Shown here piece by piece: positions 1 to 8,404 of a DNA stretch of 52,111 bases. The position numbers and the translations under genes were made by a program. This DNA is from Fidelibacterota bacterium (GTDB taxonomy: Bacteria; Fidelibacterota; Marinisomatia; Marinisomatales; JAHJCW01): contig JBHPEE010000003.1 in the NCBI GenBank assembly GCA_042577295.1, forward strand, positions 1-52,111, in the 5' to 3' direction. The notes under the pieces are model-generated. The model was not told where the DNA came from and did no database searches. It worked only from the letters and a program-made list of their open reading frames with translations. Every line of letters begins with the position of its first letter. Positions within the stretch are counted from its first letter, which is position 1.

Positions 1-12
1 TTTATATTTCAT
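1..12 (-). CDS. 5' end of an unknown gene running off the left edge (MKYK...), divergent from the repeat array
   Basis: Minus strand reads GGGAGGtaaactATGAAATATAAA: strong Shine-Dalgarno then ATG at 12. Only 4 codons are in the window. Confidence 0.55.
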
Positions 13-98
13 AGTTTACCTCCCAATCTGTTTAAAAAGACCTAGATAGGTAACTGAATTGTAGTTATTGGCGAATTAAGAATCAATATTTATCAATA

Positions 99-238
99 AA
101 GTCAAATAATACCACATTATGGATACGTTTTGTATGGATATACTTCGTTTTTTCAACCTTTTTTCAAATTTCAACTTACTTTAAGGGGGTAGGGTGATTG
201 TGGTGAGATAAGCTCACACACAATCTCAAATAATTTTC
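99..238 (+). repeat. Cassette-delimiting repeat copy R1 (full, with dif-like core at 99-127)
   Basis: Contains AAGTCAAATAA-TACCACA-TTATGGATACG, CTTCGTTTTTTCAACC, AAATTTCAACTTACTTT, GGGGGTAGGG and GTGAGATAAGCTCACACACAATCTCAAA. Aligns by eye with six other copies. Confidence 0.9.
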
Positions 239-268
239 TTGCTAAAAATCTACTTCCTATCCTATACT
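239..268 (+). promoter_or_regulatory. Possible sigma-70 promoter pointing into the left array
   Basis: TTGCTA-N18-TATACT just downstream of R1. The AT-rich background weakens this call. Confidence 0.3.
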
Positions 269-381
269 TAACCATATGAGATATACGACTTATAGTGCTT
301 AACACCCTACTGAGAACTCCGGAAGATGTAACTCTCTAGTTAAATATACGGTGATGAATATCATTAAAAATTTCAAATAAA

Positions 382-1107
382 ATGATTATATCTCATAAAT
401 ATAAATTTATCTTTATAAAACCAATTAAGGTTGCTGGAACAAGTGTAGAAGTAGCGCTTGCCAAACATTGTGGCAACGAAGATATTGTTACTCCGATTAC
501 TAAATATTCAAAATTCAGTGATGAAGATGAGTATTTTCACTCACCAATAAATTATGAAGGATATTATAATCATATCCCACCGCGCAAGATAAAAGAAAAA
601 ATAGGAAATAAAATATGGGATAACTATATCAAATTTACTATTGTGAGAAATCCTTGGGATCTTATTGTCTCTCGTTATTATTGGAGGAGACCAATAAAAA
701 GGAATCTAATTACTCACCTTTATGAAATAAAAGAAAGTATCCTAAATCCAAAATTTTATATAGCTGCACTGAAAATCTGTGCACAATATCTAATGTTTTA
801 TAATTTCAAATATTATATAAATAATTCCTATGAAGATTTGACAAATACAAGGTTTTATTTTGATTCAAAAGAAAAACCAATATGTGATTTTTATATAAGA
901 TATGAATATCTTGAGCAGGATTATGAGAAGGTATGCAAACGGATAGGAATACCATACGAAAAACTGCCACTAACAAAAACAAAACACAGAAAAAATAAAT
1001 TAAATTATTCAAGGTTTTATAATAAAGATACACAAAATTTAATACACAAACTTTTCAAGAAAGATATTGATTTCTTTAAGTATAAGTTCGAGAATAATAC
1101 TAAATAG
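382..1107 (+). CDS. Sulfotransferase family 2 domain protein
   Basis: MIISHKYKFIFIKPIKVAGTS (5'-PSB loop), VRNPWDLIVS (3'-PB motif), RYE and C-terminal FKKDIDFFKY, all typical of Sulfotransfer_2. Confidence 0.85.
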   Translation: MIISHKYKFIFIKPIKVAGTSVEVALAKHCGNEDIVTPITKYSKFSDEDEYFHSPINYEGYYNHIPPRKIKEKIGNKIWDNYIKFTIVRNPWDLIVSRYYWRRPIKRNLITHLYEIKESILNPKFYIAALKICAQYLMFYNFKYYINNSYEDLTNTRFYFDSKEKPICDFYIRYEYLEQDYEKVCKRIGIPYEKLPLTKTKHRKNKLNYSRFYNKDTQNLIHKLFKKDIDFFKYKFENNTK

Positions 1108-1189
1108 TTTAAATGTAATAGTACTGTATGGGATTTAAAATTTGGTGAAAAATTATAACTATTAAATTTATAAAAAGGAAAAATGATAA

Positions 1190-1957
1190 TTGTCTCTTAA
1201 ATCTATTGTTAAATATCTTCCGGTAATTCTGAAATATCCACTTTCTATGACTAAAAAAATGAATTACATATTTATTATTAGCCACATGCGCAGCTATTCA
1301 ACTTTGTTAAGCCATGTTCTCGGGAGTAATAAAAATATTGATGGATATGGGGAGTTACATTATTCTTATTTAAATCGATTTGATAGTCTTAAGGCAAAAA
1401 TTCAAGTTATGTACGCTGTGGATAATAGCTTACAAGGTAATTTCATTTTGGATAAGCTATTACATAATGCTAATCAAATAGCTGAATCTTTTCTTCAAAA
1501 AAATACTGTAAAACTGATATTTTTACTAAGAAATCCTATAGACACATATAAAAGTCGAATAAATTTACTCCAGCGAATTAAAAAACGAAATATTGACCCA
1601 TTACAAATTCATAATTATTATATAAATAGATTGCCAATGTTAGTTCAGCAAGCAAAATCATTAGATACAAAAAAAATCTTTATTGAATCAGAGCAAATCA
1701 AAACTAATACCTCAGCCACGTTACAAAAACTAAATAATTTTTTAGAATTGGATGATAAATTAACGAACAATTATCAATTATTTAAATTTTCAGGTTATGG
1801 TAATTATGGAGACAGTACAGATAATATTAAGATAGGAGTAATCAGCAAAGGATCAAATCAGTACGATAATATTGTTTTACCGGATGAGATAATGAAGATT
1901 GCCCATATCGTATATAATGAAAGTAAATTGAAACTAATGCAACTTTGCAATAATTAA
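1190..1957 (+). CDS. Sulfotransferase family protein
   Basis: IFIISHMRSYSTLLSHVLG PAPS-binding loop and IFLLRNP motif. TTG start after AAGGA. Confidence 0.75.
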   Translation: MSLKSIVKYLPVILKYPLSMTKKMNYIFIISHMRSYSTLLSHVLGSNKNIDGYGELHYSYLNRFDSLKAKIQVMYAVDNSLQGNFILDKLLHNANQIAESFLQKNTVKLIFLLRNPIDTYKSRINLLQRIKKRNIDPLQIHNYYINRLPMLVQQAKSLDTKKIFIESEQIKTNTSATLQKLNNFLELDDKLTNNYQLFKFSGYGNYGDSTDNIKIGVISKGSNQYDNIVLPDEIMKIAHIVYNESKLKLMQLCNN

Positions 1958-1987
1958 ATGAGAAAATTTTAGTATAAAAAACGATGG

Positions 1988-2068
1988 TTTTACAAATTTC
2001 AACCTACTTTAGCGGGGTAGGGTAGTCGTGGTGAAGTAAGGACACACAAATTTTTAAAATATTTTTTT
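1988..2068 (+). repeat. Repeat copy R2 (5'-truncated, no core)
   Basis: AAATTTCAACCTACTTTAGCGGGGTAGGGTAGTCGTGGTGAAGTAAGGACACACAAA. Confidence 0.85.
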
Positions 2069-2113
2069 GAAAATTTTATGACCATATTACAAAATAGTAA
2101 TAAACAACTGTAA

Positions 2114-3118
2114 GTGTATAAATTATGCATGATAAGTTTTACAGCTCAATTTAAGGCTATGTGTACAAACTATAAACGGCATAAAAAAATTCATTACATG
2201 AATACGATAAAGGAATTAATAAAGCACTTCTACAATTACACAAAAGTTGGAAATATCCTTATATCTCCAGCTAAGTGGTTATATCATATATATTGTTATC
2301 ACATACTTTCTGAAAAGGAATATATTAAACAAATGTCTAAAAAAATTTTAGGCTATGAATTAAATTTAGATAATCCTAAAACATTCAACGAAAAAATACA
2401 ATGGCTCCAGCTTAATAACAGAATACCACTAAAAACATTTTGTGCTGATAAGTATTCGGTGAGGGATTATATTAAAGATAAAATTGGTGAACAGTATCTT
2501 ATTCCTTTAGTTTATCATACAGACAATCCTGCTAACATTATACCTGAAAATCTGCCGGGTTATCCGTTTATAATAAAATCCAATCATGGTTGCGGTGGAC
2601 ACATAATCGTGAAAGATAAATCTATAATCGACTGGAAAAGAGTACAGAAATACTTAAAGAAATCTTTAAAGAGCAATTTTTATTATAAAACCAAAGAGTG
2701 GCAGTATAAAGATATTGAACCGCGTGTTTTAGTGGAAAAACTATTATTAGATGAAAATTCCAATATTCCAGATGATTATAAATTCAATTGTTTTAACGGA
2801 AAAGTAGAAATTATTTCCGCTGATATGAATAGGCATATTGATTTGAAAAGAAATGTATATGATAAAGATTGGAATTTTATTGATTGTAGATTGCGGTTAG
2901 AAAATGGGGGTCAGGTTAAAAAACCATATATGTTGAATAAAATGAAATCATTGGCAGAAGCACTTGCACAAGATTTTAAATATGTAAGAGTCGATTTATA
3001 TAATATAGATAGTAAAATATATTTTGGAGAATTAACCTTTAGTCCCGCAGCGGGATTTCAACAATTCATTCCTGAAAAATGGGATAGAATACTTGGTAAT
3101 AAACTCGTACTCCACTAA
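2114..3118 (+). CDS. TupA-like ATP-grasp protein (polysaccharide amidoligase family)
   Basis: NPKTFNEKIQWL, ADKYSVRDYI, IKSNHGCG, EWQYKDIEPR, DYKFNCFNG, VRVDLY and FGELTFSP motifs. The true start may be a downstream ATG (e.g. 2198). Confidence 0.85.
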   Translation: MYKLCMISFTAQFKAMCTNYKRHKKIHYMNTIKELIKHFYNYTKVGNILISPAKWLYHIYCYHILSEKEYIKQMSKKILGYELNLDNPKTFNEKIQWLQLNNRIPLKTFCADKYSVRDYIKDKIGEQYLIPLVYHTDNPANIIPENLPGYPFIIKSNHGCGGHIIVKDKSIIDWKRVQKYLKKSLKSNFYYKTKEWQYKDIEPRVLVEKLLLDENSNIPDDYKFNCFNGKVEIISADMNRHIDLKRNVYDKDWNFIDCRLRLENGGQVKKPYMLNKMKSLAEALAQDFKYVRVDLYNIDSKIYFGELTFSPAAGFQQFIPEKWDRILGNKLVLH

Positions 3119-3132
3119 TAATCATATATCAA

Positions 3133-3225
3133 TTCTTTTTTCAACCATTTTCGAAATTTCAACTCACTTTAAAGGAGCAGGGAGTTGAGGTGAGATAAAC
3201 TCATACACAATCTCAAATAATTTTT
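3133..3225 (+). repeat. Repeat copy R3 (no core)
   Basis: TTTTTTCAACCATTTTCGAAATTTCAACTCACTTTAAAGGAGCAGGGAGTTGAGGTGAGATAAACTCATACACAATCTCAAATAATTTT. Confidence 0.9.
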
Positions 3226-3245
3226 AATATTCTTGGAAATGTAAC

Positions 3246-3620
3246 TTATTTAAGTAACACGTTCGATTCATCTTGAACATATACGGGTAAACTTTTTGTC
3301 ACTAACTCGTAGCCATCCCATACTTGGCAAGTAATTATACAATTCATACTTGCATTTGGCGTACTCCAATATATCGGGTTACCACGACCATTATTTACAA
3401 AAGCACCTGCTGTTGATAGCCAATTAAAATCTAATTTGTCGTTGTCTGCATCGTGTACATATGCTTTTACTCTAACAACTTGGTTGATTTTTGGATCAGA
3501 TGGCGTTAATACTATTTCATTAATTAGAGGTGGAGTGTTTTTTGAACTTGTTGGCATTATATCATTTGAACAAGATATAAAAAAGATAAATAATACAATA
3601 AGTTGAATATTTATTTTCAT
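3246..3620 (-). CDS. Small lipoprotein with Ig/PKD-like domain
   Basis: Lipobox FFISC; NTPPLI...DADNDKLDFNW...YWSTP...ITCQVWDG Ig-like pattern. Confidence 0.7.
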   Translation of the reverse strand: MKINIQLIVLFIFFISCSNDIMPTSSKNTPPLINEIVLTPSDPKINQVVRVKAYVHDADNDKLDFNWLSTAGAFVNNGRGNPIYWSTPNASMNCIITCQVWDGYELVTKSLPVYVQDESNVLLK

Positions 3621-3772
3621 CTGGAATAACTATAATCTAAAAAAATTAATCCATTATAGTCTATATTACAATAATATTTCCGTAATAAATCGGGACCATG
3701 AATGGCTTTATTGAAGCAATGATTAAAGGCCACGACAAATCTGAATTCCTATGGGTAAGAGGTAAGTGTGCT

Positions 3773-3888
3773 GAAGTATATCGATATCCGGTAAGTTATC
3801 CTTTTTACGATACTTATAACCTTCCCAATGGTTTTGGATAAATTTTAAATATGCTATGTAAATTTTACGTATAATATTTTAATTCCAT
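3773..3888 (-). pseudogene. Frameshifted 5' fragment duplicating the start of the GT92 gene (4903-5871)
   Basis: 3773-3875 matches 5757-5859 with 5 mismatches in 103 bp. The ATG at 3888 is out of frame by 1 nt with the homologous reading. Confidence 0.8.
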
Positions 3889-3894
3889 TGATAG

Positions 3895-4857
3895 CTATGC
3901 AGGATCTTTATCATCTAAGTATTTAAATAACTCGTATTTATTAAAAACTGCTTCAACCTGGGTGTCAAATTGAAAACCTACTATATTTATATTTGACAAT
4001 GATTTCTGTTGAGTACCTCTAATAGAATGGGGATGTATTGATATATTATTAACACGCATAGCTTTAACATCATTCATTATAGTCATTGCTTTGAACCATG
4101 CATCATCATGATTTGGGCAAAGATCTAAAAATACTTTGTCGTTGAATACCTCCGTATGCAAAGAGTTCGGTGGAAATAAGCACCCATGCCCTGTATATGG
4201 AAATATATTATTTGATGGCCCTTGAAAATTATCATAATGTGATAACCATTGTTCATAAGATAATAGTTTATTATTATTTTCTTTCCTGATAGAACGTGCC
4301 ATATGACAATGTACATAATCGGGATTTTTAAGATATGATTCGTAAAGCTCTTTAAGCCAATTTTTGGGAAAGAAAATATCATCGTCCGCGGAAACAACAA
4401 TTGCTTCAGGATACTCTTTTAAAGTATATATTATTTTTGTAAAAGAACGCAAGTCCTTACAATATTCAATTTTCAGGCCTCTCTTTTTTTGTTTAAGCAA
4501 GCGCCTTGTTGTACTTTTTCCAGACTTTAGTGCATCATCATTAAATATTTTCTCATTTAACCATAAAATTATATGATCTGGTTTTACTGTTTGCTGGAGC
4601 AATGATTCTATTCCAAGATAAACTCGATCAATTCTTTCTGGAATAGTAGTCAGGCTAACAATTAAAAGTGGAGAACGTTTTTTGTTGGTAACGCCAGAAG
4701 TTGTATTTATGATTGAACTAATATAAAAGTATAGTTCTATAAATGGATTGTTGATTATTCTATATTTTAATAATCGATATGTTTTTGTAAGCAGTGATCC
4801 TATTATTGGTATATTTTGTATTGTGTTTTTAATGATTACTAACAGGGTTATGATTTT
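3895..4857 (-). CDS. GT-A fold glycosyltransferase; reading frame is open to 4857, beyond the ORF-track start at 4602
   Basis: Upstream in-frame sequence encodes the family motif LIVSLTTIPERI...IESLLQQTVKPD. ADDD (DxD) and DDAWFK motifs are present. No ATG/GTG/TTG between 4857 and 4602. Confidence 0.75.
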   Translation of the reverse strand, partial: KIITLLVIIKNTIQNIPIIGSLLTKTYRLLKYRIINNPFIELYFYISSIINTTSGVTNKKRSPLLIVSLTTIPERIDRVYLGIESLLQQTVKPDHIILWLNEKIFNDDALKSGKSTTRRLLKQKKRGLKIEYCKDLRSFTKIIYTLKEYPEAIVVSADDDIFFPKNWLKELYESYLKNPDYVHCHMARSIRKENNNKLLSYEQWLSHYDNFQGPSNNIFPYTGHGCLFPPNSLHTEVFNDKVFLDLCPNHDDAWFKAMTIMNDVKAMRVNNISIHPHSIRGTQQKSLSNINIVGFQFDTQVEAVFNKYELFKYLDDKDPA

Positions 4858-4902
4858 TTATTTTTAATAAAAAAATATTTGTATTTATGTCTGATACCCA
4901 TA

Positions 4903-5871
4903 CTATTTATTTTGCTGTATAGTTTTGCTTAGTTTAGATAAAAATCTTAAAATATTTTTATTATCAACATGATTAAACTGACTATTTAATTCAGTATAAA
5001 GTTCTTTTGTCTTCTTCCCCGTTTGCCATCCTTTTTTAAATTTTTTTCCTTTATCAATAAATTCTTCTTTAGACTTAGTTATATAATGATTTAGTTGAAA
5101 TAAATCGTTTGCGATTTTTCCTTTAACAATAATTGGTTCACCCAACAATAATTTTGTGAATATATCTTTCAGTGAAAAACGATGGCTAAATCTATGTACA
5201 TTAGTATAAGCGAATCTTTTAGATAAATATCGGGTATTAGAAATGCTTTTTACTGTATGCCGTACCACATTATTACCTGATTTCGTGAAATTACTAATTA
5301 CCAAACCGGAAGGTTTTGTTAAATGCCCGCTATCGCCAAAATTAGTCCAATTCACTTCAATCCTAGCAAGTTTTGAATCGTCAAATTGTTTTAAAGCGTC
5401 GGTAATGGAATTATGTGATTTAGGGAATAAGAATTCATCAATATCTAACTGAATTATAAATTTAAAATGAGATCTAAACCTTATAATAAAATCTGCGTAT
5501 GCCATCTGTTGAATAGAAAGGGTATCGGCATTTCTTCCGTCTCTAAGTCCCGGTACATCGGGAAAAGGAATGTGAGTTACCAGACCTTTTTCAATATATG
5601 GTTTGAGCAGGACTTGTGAACTCTTTTCTAAGCCGTTATCATAGAGTATAAAATGATCTACTCCCATCATTTTATGAAATTCAATCCATTCTACAAGATA
5701 ATCATCCTCGCCACGAAAAATTGCAACCAATCCAAGAAAGTAAAACGAATTTGCAGGAAGTATATCGATATCCGGTAAGTTCGCCTTTTTACGATACTTA
5801 TAACCTTCCCAACGGTGTTGGATAAATTTTAAATATGCTATGTATATTTTACGTATAATCTTTTGGATCAT
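4903..5871 (-). CDS. Glycosyltransferase family 92 / GT2-like protein
   Basis: AIFRGEDDYLVEWIEFH..GVDHFILYDN, QQMAY, LDIDEFL, VKSI and LNHYITKSKEEF motifs. Confidence 0.85.
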   Translation of the reverse strand: MIQKIIRKIYIAYLKFIQHRWEGYKYRKKANLPDIDILPANSFYFLGLVAIFRGEDDYLVEWIEFHKMMGVDHFILYDNGLEKSSQVLLKPYIEKGLVTHIPFPDVPGLRDGRNADTLSIQQMAYADFIIRFRSHFKFIIQLDIDEFLFPKSHNSITDALKQFDDSKLARIEVNWTNFGDSGHLTKPSGLVISNFTKSGNNVVRHTVKSISNTRYLSKRFAYTNVHRFSHRFSLKDIFTKLLLGEPIIVKGKIANDLFQLNHYITKSKEEFIDKGKKFKKGWQTGKKTKELYTELNSQFNHVDNKNILRFLSKLSKTIQQNK

Positions 5872-5998
5872 AATATTACTTTAAAATATATTAAATAATT
5901 ATCTAAATATATTATAAATGTTACCGATTATTAATTAAATTCGGTTGTATAAAATTAACCATTCAATCCTATTAAAATTGTATTGATTTGAGGCTGAC

Positions 5999-6190
5999 AT
6001 GAATATTAAACAAATTTCATTAATATTAATTGCTCTAGGAGCATTAATATTTATTCTTGGGTTTTTAGGAGAAATATTAAAGTTTATATTACAAAGCAAC
6101 ATTTTAACATTAGCATCTTTTGCCATTTTGATAGGTTTGGTTTTGTTGGGATATAGCATTTTTAAAGAAAGTAGAGGATCTGATTCCTAG
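5999..6190 (+). CDS. Small two-helix membrane protein
   Basis: 63 aa with two hydrophobic stretches; GAGG RBS upstream. Confidence 0.55.
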   Translation: MNIKQISLILIALGALIFILGFLGEILKFILQSNILTLASFAILIGLVLLGYSIFKESRGSDS

Positions 6191-6320
6191 AAAAGTAATC
6201 TGTATCACCTCTTTAAAAGGAATATAATCAAAATATATTAACCCGGTTTTATTTATTATTCTTAAGTATTGAATAATCAAGAAATTGGTACAATATATTA
6301 ATAACAAATTATAAGGACAA

Positions 6321-7130
6321 ATGATGACAAAATTTATTAGTACAATAGCATTATTGATTTTCGTATTTGGATGTTCAAGTACTCCCAATATACCCGAAAA
6401 TGTAGATTTAAAATCATGGGAAGATTCTGTGAGTTATAGCATAGGATCTGAAGTTGGTACTAATTTTAAAGCTGGAGGACTTCAATATGACAATGAATCC
6501 TTTTTTAATGGATTCATTGAGACATATAAGGCCGATAGTAGCTATGCTTATGGAGCAAGTTTAGCTGCCAATCTTATATTGCAGGGTATTGACATTTCAC
6601 CGTTAATATTACTCAAAGCTTTTGAAAGTACAACTTCAGACGATTCATTGGTTTTATCTCTTGGAGAAATAAAAAATATTTCTAGAAAATACCAAAATCA
6701 GTTGAGAGAGGAAGTTACCCAAAGAGCCAAAGAGAAAGCAGAAAATAATAGATTAAAAGGTGAATCATATATAGCTGAATATAAAAATAACAACACTAAT
6801 GTTATCGAATTAGAAAGTGGTTTACTATATCGGATTTTAACAGAAGGATTTGGTGATATTCCTACTGATAAAGATCGAGTTGTTGTTCACTATACTGGTA
6901 AATTAATTGATGGTACTGTTTTTGATAGTACTGTTGACCGTGGAGAGCCGTCTAAATTTATGGTCGGAAGTGTAATCCAAGGTTGGCAAGAAGCATTGCA
7001 ATTAATGAAAGTTGGATCAAAATGGGAATTAGTTATTCCATCAAACATAGCTTATGGTGAACGTGCAACTGGCAAAATTCCTGCTAACTCAGCGTTAGTT
7101 TTTGAGGTCGAATTACTTGGAATTGAGTAA
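6321..7130 (+). CDS. FKBP-type peptidyl-prolyl isomerase (FkpA/FklB-like lipoprotein)
   Basis: Lipobox [13 protein letters not shown]-domain, [27 protein letters not shown] and [14 protein letters not shown]. Confidence 0.92.
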   Translation: MMTKFISTIALLIFVFGCSSTPNIPENVDLKSWEDSVSYSIGSEVGTNFKAGGLQYDNESFFNGFIETYKADSSYAYGASLAANLILQGIDISPLILLKAFESTTSDDSLVLSLGEIKNISRKYQNQLREEVTQRAKEKAENNRLKGESYIAEYKNNNTNVIELESGLLYRILTEGFGDIPTDKDRVVVHYTGKLIDGTVFDSTVDRGEPSKFMVGSVIQGWQEALQLMKVGSKWELVIPSNIAYGERATGKIPANSALVFEVELLGIE

Positions 7131-7219
7131 TTAACACAATGTTATTCCTATAATTAAATGGGGGAATATCTTATTGTTTAAATATTTTTATTCTTATAAG
7201 CTACAACCGTAAACAGTTA

Positions 7220-7263
7220 TTAAAACAGAATAGAGGGTGATATCTCCCTCTATTCTGTTTTAA
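7220..7263. terminator. 18-bp perfect-stem hairpin between the FKBP gene and the pilus operon
   Basis: TTAAAACAGAATAGAGGG-tgatatct-CCCTCTATTCTGTTTTAA. Confidence 0.6.
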
Positions 7264-7435
7264 ATTGTGTTAATAATTATTGTTTTAGTATTTGAATGAT
7301 TTTTGAATAATAAAATTGGTTTTTAAGACAATAAAAGCTAAACTTAGAGATGATAGAACAGAGTACAACGTTCATTTATATACGTTTTACACAGAAGAGA
7401 ATATTTTAAAACATTGAAAAAATTGGTATAATATT

Positions 7436-8404
7436 GTGAAATTTATCTACTTAATGGAGAATGAGAAGTCAAAATCTCCACCTTTAAAACCTAACCTTAA
7501 AGAACATATTAAACCATATAGTCCGCCTCATCCATCAAGACCAATAAAATATATTCCCAGGTTTGATAAAGGAGTTAGGGATTATTGTAAACTTTTAAAT
7601 TTGACACGCGAACCTTTTTCTATGGCGCCTGAACCGGATTTTTTCTATCAATCAATACAGCATCGGGAGTGTCTTAATCACGTTGAAATAGGATTGAGAT
7701 TAAATCGAGGTTTGCAAGTTATATTGGGTAGTGTAGGTACGGGTAAAACCACTATTTCTCGACTATTATTAGATCGGTTTACTGATCATGAAGGAGATTT
7801 TACGTTATTTTTCATTCTGAATCCTACATGGCGCAATAATCAAGAATTTTTAATACATTTGAAAAAGATGTTCAATATCAAGGATGAATCAAATCTTATA
7901 ACAGATATGATGAATCAAATTGAACATTTTTTAATCGATTATGCTTTAAAATATAATAAAAGAATTGTGATGATTATTGACGAAGGACAGAAAATGGGCC
8001 CCAATCAGCTTGAAATTGTTAGATCATTATTGAATTTCGAGACAAACAGTGTGAAACTCATTCAGTTTGCAATATTTGCTCAACCCGAATTTATTGATAC
8101 ACTAAACATAATGGAAAATTTAAAGGATCGTATTGCATATATATCTAATATAAAAAATATTGATGAAAGAGATACAAAGGGCTTAATAGACCATCGTCTG
8201 AAAATAGCGGGCTTGCCTGATGGAGGGGAGCTTTTTACAGAAAATGCAAAAAACTTGATTCATAAATATACAAATGGATTTCCGCGAAAGATTATAATTA
8301 CCTGCCACAATTTACTTGTTGAAATGCTTATGAAGGGTAAATTAAAAGTGGATTCTGATTTAGTTTTTAAATTCACTCAACAAAATAATTTAATGTATGA
8401 GTAA
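7436..8404 (+). CDS. ExeA/GspA/MshM-family AAA ATPase
   Basis: REPFSMAPEPDFFY, Walker A GSVGTGKTT, IIDEGQ, FAQPEF and GFPRKI. The ATG at 7454 is the likelier start. Confidence 0.85.
   Translation: MKFIYLMENEKSKSPPLKPNLKEHIKPYSPPHPSRPIKYIPRFDKGVRDYCKLLNLTREPFSMAPEPDFFYQSIQHRECLNHVEIGLRLNRGLQVILGSVGTGKTTISRLLLDRFTDHEGDFTLFFILNPTWRNNQEFLIHLKKMFNIKDESNLITDMMNQIEHFLIDYALKYNKRIVMIIDEGQKMGPNQLEIVRSLLNFETNSVKLIQFAIFAQPEFIDTLNIMENLKDRIAYISNIKNIDERDTKGLIDHRLKIAGLPDGGELFTENAKNLIHKYTNGFPRKIIITCHNLLVEMLMKGKLKVDSDLVFKFTQQNNLMYE

Noticed and set aside
3773-5859. DGR template/variable repeat pair
   Set aside because: Only 3 of 5 differences are at adenines of the putative template, the target would be an N-terminus, and there is no reverse transcriptase in the window.
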